Assembly (NCBI GenBank): GCA_027001995.1 | Contig: JALTLO010000146.1 | Span: forward strand, 8,107-23,746 | From: Planctomycetota bacterium | GTDB taxonomy: Bacteria > Planctomycetota > GCA-002687715 > DRQF01 | Direction of reading: 5' to 3' | DNA: 15,640 bases | Part shown: piece by piece, positions 9,301 through 15,640 of the stretch | Numbering within the stretch: position 1 is the first letter of the stretch | Layout: each line of letters starts with the position of its first letter | Program-made: the position numbers and the translations under genes | Notes under the pieces: generated by a model | The model's database searches: none | Told to the model about the DNA's origin: nothing | The model's input: the letters and a program-made list of their open reading frames with translations, nothing else

Positions 9301-9417
9301 GAGAGACTGGCACTGTAGTTTTCGTAAAGGGCATTTAGCGCCACCCCCTTCTACTTATTACTACACCTGAGACGCGATATGGGGGGTGCGGATTGATTTC
9401 CACTCGCGAGTGGAAAT
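9301..9417. repeat. Copy 3 of the ~117-bp direct repeat (palindrome 9396-9417)
   Basis: Same length as copy 1 with an identical palindrome. Closest of the three to their consensus. Confidence 0.95.
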
Positions 9418-9843
9418 AGCTGCAGGCCACTCATGCGTGAGAGACTTCGGCAACATATTCGAGGCATTCTCTGCTTATTTATTCCCCTGGGACCCAATAC
9501 CGAGCTGAGCATTTCTTGGGATAGCCATGTCAAAGCTTTGATGACTCCGAAAGGATAATGTGGGCCGCCGAAAACTTACCACCTGCAGCAATTTCTCTCA
9601 TTTATTGTGACAAGCCTGCGACTTTTTCATCGTATCGATCCATTTTTCGGATGTCGCTACGGGCCCAACTGCACCTGTGGTCCATATTTATCAACGGCTG
9701 TTGCGACGTGCGGAATCTTGGCTGTTAGCGCGAAAGAAAACCACTTCTTGGGTTTTTTTTTGGGACCTGCTTCAGGGCGAAGCCTTGGAGTGGGCTGGAG
9801 TATTTGTAGCGCAAAGCGCTACTCCCCCTGCAGGGGGAAATTT

Positions 9844-9874
9844 TTGTCAACATCAATGTTAACCGTGTTATCTT
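9844..9874 (+). promoter_or_regulatory. Possible sigma70-type promoter for a leaderless transcript starting near ATG 9880
   Basis: TTGTCA at 9844-9849 and extended -10 TGnTATCTT at 9866-9874. The ATG lies 5 nt further on with no SD. The 19-bp spacing is suboptimal. Confidence 0.3.
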
Positions 9875-9879
9875 GCGAC

Positions 9880-10290
9880 ATGCCCAAAGAACCAACGGAC
9901 CATCGAATGTGATTCTGCGCACGCTGTGACCGTAATTTCCGCACTTGTCGAAGTTGCGATCACGGGCAGCGCTATTGCTCTGTTGAGTGTTCCTCACAGA
10001 CTCGAACAGAACGTCAACGTGAGGCTGCAAGGCGCTACCGTCAGTCCCCGAAAGGGCGATTATTAAGCACTCAAACACGACAACAGCGGTTTCGGGCCAA
10101 GAAGCATGATGTAACGCATCAGGGTTGCTCAGATTCTGGTCCAAGGGGCTGCGGGAGCGTTTCGGCACCAGATGGGTTGGTGACAGTCTCAAGACCGGCA
10201 ATCAGGAAGGACTCCATGCGCTGCGGATTCTGTTCATCGTTTGGATCGTCTTGGCTCCGCTTTCGAGTCCTAAACGCCCGGCTACCGTAA
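9880..10290 (+). pseudogene. Cys-rich zinc-finger hypothetical protein with an in-frame TGA at codon 11 (family recalled beside IS21-like elements)
   Basis: MPKEPTDHRM*FCARCDRNFRTCRSCDHGQRYCSVECSSQTRTERQREAARRYRQSPKGR...RQQRFRAKKHDVTHQG...RCGFCSSFGSSWLRF...*. One frame of 137 codons with a single internal stop at 9910-9912. Confidence 0.7.
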
Positions 10291-11345
10291 ACTAATCAAA
10301 CTCTGTAATCGTCTTCCAGCCGCCATTGCATAGCAATCTACATCAAGTATGCGCAGTCGCATAACGCGACAACAACCTCAGTAATCGCCAAGTACTCACG
10401 TCCAGGCCAAGACAGGCCCTTGAGTTTGTCTCAGGATGCGAGAAGCGTGGCGGCATCTACGACACCGCCTCGGAGCCTCGGCGATTTCAATTCGTTCCTC
10501 CTTAGAGGATCGCCGTTTTCTTGCTCTACACGATGCACCGCGTTAGTGGCCAAAATTGCGGCGTCGCCACAGAGCGGATGCCATGGGCTGAAGGCAAGAG
10601 TCCAGTGCCAACGTCCTTTGCTTGGTTTCTTGCTGGCTGGGCGAATCGTCTCAGCTGGAAGGAAACGGCTGGAGCTTTCAAGACGTCCTGGGATAGCGTG
10701 CTTCGCGCAGTCAGGATCGCCATAGCCTGAGGTTTAAAGCACCGAGACCTCAGCAATGTCAAGGCCATCGGTGTCGATGAAGTCCTTTTGGCACTGTGGC
10801 CACAAGTATATGACATCTCCGTCGGTCACAGAAGAATCCTTTGGCTAGGAAAAGACCGCAAGGAAGAAACCATTATGTCATGCTTCGCTTTCTTTGGCGA
10901 TAAGGCGAAAGATCTTGTCTACGTATGCAGCGATATGTGGAAGTTGTTCAGCGACAAGGTTAATTCCCCATTGACGAGCAGGCCGGGAAGGCCATTCATG
11001 TACTTGATCGCTTCCACATCATCGCCAACATCAACAAGGCAATTGATTAGGTCCGAGCTGCTGAGGTGCAGGACCTCAAGGGTAGAGGGCTTGAGCATGT
11101 CCTCAAGAGCAAGAGATTGCTGCTCATAAATCGACCAGAAAACTTAACAGAGAAACAGGCAGCCTCCATGGGCGAGCTTATCCAATACAACTTGAAGTGT
11201 GTCAAGTAGTATCTGCTCAAGGAAGAATTCCAACGACTCGGCGACTACAAGAATCCATTTGGGGCTGACAAGTTTCTCGAACAATGGTGCAAGACCGTCA
11301 TGCAATCTCGCATAAGGACGTCGAGATGCATGAAGAAAGTAAACC
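10290..11345 (+). pseudogene. Degraded ISL3-family transposase (stops, frameshifts, C-terminus missing)
   Basis: Fragments: SGCEKRGGIYD..RRFQFVP, CGVATERMPWAEGK..FAWFLAGWANRLSWKETA, AIGVDE, VCSDMWK, LDRFHIIANINKAID*VR, RPENLTEKQ..YNLK..YLLKEEFQ..KFLEQWC. No terminal inverted repeats recognised; boundaries are approximate. Confidence 0.9.
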
Positions 11346-11358
11346 CGAGGTCCAAAAC

Positions 11359-12435
11359 TCAATTCTGGCCAATCGACTCACAGACCACTTCGATCCTGAT
11401 GTTCTTGTAGTCCACACCTGACCCCTTTCTCAACATTTCCGTTACAGTCTTCTCGACCCAAATTTGCGCTTGCCCAAACCGATTCGTCTCAAACGACATT
11501 GAAACCAAAGGCTCTTCACTATCGACTTGAAAAGAGACCGAGATATTTGCCTGGTCTGGTATGGGACAATGATAGAGAAAGAACTTAGTCGAATTCCCAA
11601 TCGCTGGGATCAGAACAGGGTTCCTCGCTGGCACCGCGGTTGATTTCTGCCGGAGAAAATCCCCGTCAAGTCGATAGGTGAATTCGCAGGGTATGCGCTT
11701 TGGCAAAAGGTTGGGGGCAACGACTATCGTCTGCGGATCGACGAATACAACCGTGCCAACAGGTTCTCCATAGTCATAGATCTCTCTTACCTGAGGGCCT
11801 CCGGACACACCAACCACGTTAGCTCGATAGGCGACGTACATAACTCTTCCCCACAGCGACAGGTGCAGCTTGCTCGCCCCGGGAGGGCCCGGGCCATGGG
11901 CAACAGCCAGATTCCCTTTCAAGCAGCTGATTGTTGCAATGGTTTGGCCGTGCTCTCCATTTTTGCCGAACAAAGGGCCAAAGGCAATTCTGTCGCCAAC
12001 ACGCAGACTAACAGCCTGGGGAATTGGGGATAGATCTTTTGTCAGCGTCGCTTCGCCAAAATGTCCCTTCGCACGTTCAATCGACGCGAAAGCTCTGCTT
12101 GATGGACTAGCCAGGAAGAGTGGGCTATTGCCATCCCCAAGCTTATCAGTAAGAACCGCCACCACTTCCTCAGATTCATCGACAACCGGGCTGCCTTCAA
12201 CACCATCCGCCAACACTTGCCCGTCCCGAACCCTAAAAAGCAAACACGATCCGGCAGAGCGTCTCGGATACTTACAACTCACAAGATCAACAGAGATACG
12301 AATCTGCCCATCTGAGCTATCTGTGACCAAGGTAAGCGATTCACGTGAATTGCCCCTACCATGCTGGTTCGGACTATGGCACCCAATGGCCAAGAGAATC
12401 AACGCCACACTCATTGTGAGCACTATTCGACGCAT
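11359..12435 (-). CDS. Putative lipoprotein, divergent SpoIVB/peptidase S55-like (probably catalytically inactive)
   Basis: Signal peptide with lipobox-like LLAIG|C. GVEGSPVVD aligns with S55 GMSGSPV. Later segments (LRVGDRIAF, KGNLAVAHG, GEPVGTVVF, LLPKRIP) are colinear with the 12869-13903 protein. Confidence 0.6.
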   Translation of the reverse strand: MRRIVLTMSVALILLAIGCHSPNQHGRGNSRESLTLVTDSSDGQIRISVDLVSCKYPRRSAGSCLLFRVRDGQVLADGVEGSPVVDESEEVVAVLTDKLGDGNSPLFLASPSSRAFASIERAKGHFGEATLTKDLSPIPQAVSLRVGDRIAFGPLFGKNGEHGQTIATISCLKGNLAVAHGPGPPGASKLHLSLWGRVMYVAYRANVVGVSGGPQVREIYDYGEPVGTVVFVDPQTIVVAPNLLPKRIPCEFTYRLDGDFLRQKSTAVPARNPVLIPAIGNSTKFFLYHCPIPDQANISVSFQVDSEEPLVSMSFETNRFGQAQIWVEKTVTEMLRKGSGVDYKNIRIEVVCESIGQN

Positions 12436-12872
12436 TGCTGACTCCTTTCTCTTGTCATCTGAAGAAGCGCTATCGCTGCAACGATGATAATGGGCTCAAC
12501 ATGCGGATACCCGAGATTCGGGACCACAGCGAAAGCGCCGGGGTACACAATCAAGAACTCGGGTATACCGTTCATGTATGCAATGAACGAGAAAGAGCCG
12601 AGCGCAAGAGCGACTCCAAACATTGCAATCCTCCGACACCAAGAATGCCTGGCAATCAGTCCAATTCCCGCCACCACCTCCGCGATACCAATCAAAAAGT
12701 GTATCTGTGCTGTCGAAAACCAAGATGGCGATCCCGATTTCCAAGCAAGCAAATCGTACATCCAGGGCACCTCGACGTCGATGATGCGACGCATCCCAGA
12801 CACCACCAGAATGCACGTGGACGCAAGATTTAGAATGAACCATGCTCGATATCTGCCATTGTTTGATGTCAT
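12423..12872 (-). CDS. Integral membrane protein, DoxX/MauE-like
   Basis: About four hydrophobic segments and an IGIAEVVAGIGLI motif. The start overlaps the upstream stop (ATGA). Confidence 0.6.
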   Translation of the reverse strand: MTSNNGRYRAWFILNLASTCILVVSGMRRIIDVEVPWMYDLLAWKSGSPSWFSTAQIHFLIGIAEVVAGIGLIARHSWCRRIAMFGVALALGSFSFIAYMNGIPEFLIVYPGAFAVVPNLGYPHVEPIIIVAAIALLQMTRERSQQCVE

Positions 12873-13903
12873 TGTAGGATCTCAATCTGAATCGAAGCCG
12901 ATGTCTTCCGAAACTTGCCCCCGACTGCTTGGAGCGCCTTTATCAGTTCACCAGTCAATACTCTCGCGAGTCCACTCCCCCAGTCCCTAGTTTGTTTTTC
13001 TATGACCAACTTCCCTCCAACCGTCACTTTCAAATGAGCCTTCGCACCTTGCTCGTAGATCGCCCATTGGCCGACCGACTGCTGTAGGACGGCCGAAAGA
13101 GACCGTGGAAGTGAACTCGAATCAAGGACAATCTCGCATGACATACCGAGGCTGCGATAGTGCTTTGGAGCAAACGACACGTCCAGACTCAGAATCGGCG
13201 GTATTTTCCCCAGCACACAATACACGCCGCCGTTTTCATCCCAGATCACACTGCCAATAAGATCATCGAGTTGTGCAAGCCGATGAAACTCGTGCCCAGT
13301 TTTCGAAATTGCAATAGGCGATGCAGTGAAAAGCGCGGCCGTCATGGGCCCTCTGCGCGTTATTTTGTGACCAAAAATCACTGCTTCATTTCCCTGCCGA
13401 ATCGCCAGAATTCCCGAACCAGCAAGCTCCATGTCACCCCAAACATCCACGACAGCTACCGTTTTCCCAGGAACGACATCCGCAGGGATTGCGAGTCCTT
13501 CCTCCCAGCGCTCATGCCTGTTCGACTGCGTTCGACCATGCGCGAGGACACTGTAGACCTCTTCCTTCGGGCGAATGCCAAAATGACGACTTGCCGCCGA
13601 CTGGTGAAGGGATGCCGCTACAAATCCGATCACGTTTCCCGAGCTGTCTATGCAGGGAGCCCCCGAATAGCCACGAACGATCGGCTGATCGATCGCTGCA
13701 ACCCCATGGAGCATGATGTCAATAGCAGAGTCGGCAGTGCCTTCTAGCTGAAATGGGATGCGTTCAGTCTTCCCTGAGATCCCCTCAAAGACAACAAAAT
13801 GGGCACTCGGATTTGAAGCACAACCGATTCCAACTACAGAAAAGAGACATGCAAGAAGAACGACAAGGGTGCGAGAGAGGTAACGCCACATAATTTCTTT
13901 CAA
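12869..13903 (-). CDS. Putative lipoprotein, SpoIVB/peptidase S55-like
   Basis: Signal peptide ending VGIG|C. IVRGYSGAPCIDSSGNVIGFVA, FGIRP, VVPGKTVAVVDVWGD, GNEAVIFGH and IGSVIWD..GVYCVLGKIP match the stand-alone S55 layout. The start may be ATG 13891. Confidence 0.75.
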   Translation of the reverse strand: MKEIMWRYLSRTLVVLLACLFSVVGIGCASNPSAHFVVFEGISGKTERIPFQLEGTADSAIDIMLHGVAAIDQPIVRGYSGAPCIDSSGNVIGFVAASLHQSAASRHFGIRPKEEVYSVLAHGRTQSNRHERWEEGLAIPADVVPGKTVAVVDVWGDMELAGSGILAIRQGNEAVIFGHKITRRGPMTAALFTASPIAISKTGHEFHRLAQLDDLIGSVIWDENGGVYCVLGKIPPILSLDVSFAPKHYRSLGMSCEIVLDSSSLPRSLSAVLQQSVGQWAIYEQGAKAHLKVTVGGKLVIEKQTRDWGSGLARVLTGELIKALQAVGGKFRKTSASIQIEILQ

Positions 13904-13905
13904 TG

Positions 13906-15640
13906 TTATTTGTGCTTCACTTGGCCCATGTATTTCTCCTGCTGCCCATTCAAGAAACTGCTATGCTCAACGCTGTGACAGTTAGCGCAGAGCGATGTTG
14001 CCGGTAACCGTCGAATGAACTTGCTCGCCGTAGGATCGGATGCATGCAAGCTGCCTGGGCCATGACAGACCTCGCATCCAACACCCTGCAATGTGAACTG
14101 ATCCTCCCGTATCTCATACCCAGAAGGCTGGCCGTAGCCAACCACATGACATGCTACACAAACGGCACTACGGTGACGCTGCGTTTTCTCCAACGTCTTG
14201 AATGCTCTTGCATGAGGAGTTGACAACCAATGGCCAACTTCCTTTGGATGACATTCTTGACAAACCTGATTGCCAACATAACGAGCACCGAATGAAAGTA
14301 ACGGTTCAACGAATTCCAACTCAACCGGCGCGTCACTACCGAGGCTCTCTAAGACATCCGAAATCTTGATGGCGATTGGCTCAGTACTGGGCACATCCTG
14401 TTCGAGCCTGTGAATTCGACTATGTGATGCTGCCGCATCTGGCTTCCACGCCACCTGGGTAAGCCCATATCGACCTGATGCAAGAAAATGCACCGATTTC
14501 CCCGCGAGAGATCCATCCACTTGAGACCCGACCAGGCCTTTGGGGACGTGCCGAGGGTAATGTTGGCAAGAAGACAGAATGAGAATGGGACGTTCAATGT
14601 TGTTCAACACTTCACGTAAATCGTTGGGGTTGAATTCTCCCAATAACACCAGGAGATGATCTGTCGGCGTTTCTTCTATCGTGCGCCGCAGCGTCTCACT
14701 AATATCTTCAAATTCGAAATGCTCATCCAAAATGCTCTTGTACCTGGAACTAACTCTATTGGGGCAATGCTGGTAAAAACCGACAAAGCGCAATGTCTTT
14801 CCGTTGGATAGCTTCCTATCACTCCAGCCCCGCCAAGGTGACTGCGTCGAATCACGCATCCGGACATTCGCCAGTGCCGCTGGCATGCTCAGTAGTGATT
14901 CGACCGAGAGTGTTTGTATCGAGATCGCTAAGAGCTCGGCTGTTCCGGGCACAAAAACAGCTGGACCAGCCTCTGCAACCTGCTTCAGAACAAACTCGTT
15001 GAGTTCCTTTCGCATGTGCCCCATATTGGGCATGGCGATCATATTGCCTAATACGATCCTCGGCGTGGTTGACTTCGTCGAGTGCGCCCAAGAATCCACG
15101 ACTCTTTTCAGGCCACCAGCCTTTGTCGTCTTGCAGCCACAATCCTCAAGGTACCCGTCCATGTTGCCAACAACGTCAAGGTCAATTCCACCCATCGCTG
15201 CCAAGGTCGTTTTCGTTAGACCCTCAATTCTTGAGTTCTTCGCCAATTCGTCTGCATAGTAAGCGCGTAGTTCAAGATTGTCGATTTCATCAGCGGTCTC
15301 TTGGATTTTGGCTGCTGCATTAAACCGAGCAGCTATCGCCGGTATGCCAGCAAATATGGTTGCGCCACGAATCTCGTCCAATCGGCGCGCACGCCAAGGA
15401 TCGGCGAATTCTCGACTTTTTTCGCTGCCCCTGGAACCAATTGCATTCAACGTGAAGAGAGAACGTGTCCGAAACCATTCGGAATCAAAGAATGATTTCG
15501 CCCCGCGATCAACAAAAAGCCGGTTCGCCTCAGTCGCTCGAAACACAGAATGGCGTACCGTCGAGCTACTTTGAAATTTGGCTGGAGCGATTGAATTTGA
15601 GAATATCGTTGCTACTTTCCATGATAATGCCCCTCCGTCA
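13906..15640 (-). CDS. Multiheme c-type cytochrome (c554-like tetraheme domain) fused to a 5'-nucleotidase/metallophosphoesterase-like domain; 5' partial
   Basis: Four CxxCH motifs (CQECH, CVACH, CEVCH, CANCH) with YVG..C, HARAF.TL and GVGCEVCHGPGSLH, plus GNMDGYLEDCGC...GGLKR. The frame stays open from 15546 to the window edge, so the real start probably lies outside. Confidence 0.88.
   Translation of the reverse strand, partial: DGGALSWKVATIFSNSIAPAKFQSSSTVRHSVFRATEANRLFVDRGAKSFFDSEWFRTRSLFTLNAIGSRGSEKSREFADPWRARRLDEIRGATIFAGIPAIAARFNAAAKIQETADEIDNLELRAYYADELAKNSRIEGLTKTTLAAMGGIDLDVVGNMDGYLEDCGCKTTKAGGLKRVVDSWAHSTKSTTPRIVLGNMIAMPNMGHMRKELNEFVLKQVAEAGPAVFVPGTAELLAISIQTLSVESLLSMPAALANVRMRDSTQSPWRGWSDRKLSNGKTLRFVGFYQHCPNRVSSRYKSILDEHFEFEDISETLRRTIEETPTDHLLVLLGEFNPNDLREVLNNIERPILILSSCQHYPRHVPKGLVGSQVDGSLAGKSVHFLASGRYGLTQVAWKPDAAASHSRIHRLEQDVPSTEPIAIKISDVLESLGSDAPVELEFVEPLLSFGARYVGNQVCQECHPKEVGHWLSTPHARAFKTLEKTQRHRSAVCVACHVVGYGQPSGYEIREDQFTLQGVGCEVCHGPGSLHASDPTASKFIRRLPATSLCANCHSVEHSSFLNGQQEKYMGQVKHK

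Noticed and set aside
9310..9366. Hammerhead ribozyme (stem followed by GAAA on the minus strand)
   Set aside because: The required CUGANGA core is absent; the sequence reads UAAUAA instead.
2464..9417. Repeats as a CRISPR array, integron attC sites or Xer dif sites
   Set aside because: Spacing is in kilobases with no cas genes. No RYYYAAC/GTTRRRY ends and no 11-6-11 XerC/D layout.
9736..9761. Terminator-like AAAACC-N8-GGTTTTTTTTT
   Set aside because: The stem is very weak and no credible gene ends just upstream.
9725..10201. 158-aa minus-strand ORF
   Set aside because: Antisense to the better-supported zinc-finger pseudogene.

Overview
Accessory region in two parts. The left ~11 kb is a defence and mobile-debris island: a PaeR7I/XhoI-type type II restriction-modification pair (endonuclease runs off the left edge), a 1266-aa SIR2-domain protein resembling the defence sirtuin Dsr1, several small CxxC-rich ORFs and a decayed ISL3 transposase. 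Three direct copies of a ~117-bp element punctuate the island. Each copy ends in the perfect 22-bp palindrome ATTTCCACTCGCGAGTGGAAAT and sits between gene modules; this is the most unusual signal here. The right ~4.3 kb is a tightly coupled minus-strand operon: a CGC-motif metallophosphoesterase-like/tetraheme cytochrome c fusion (5' end outside the window), a SpoIVB/S55-like lipoprotein, a DoxX-like membrane protein and a second S55-like paralogue that lacks the catalytic Ser. All family calls come from motif recognition by eye; no searches were run.
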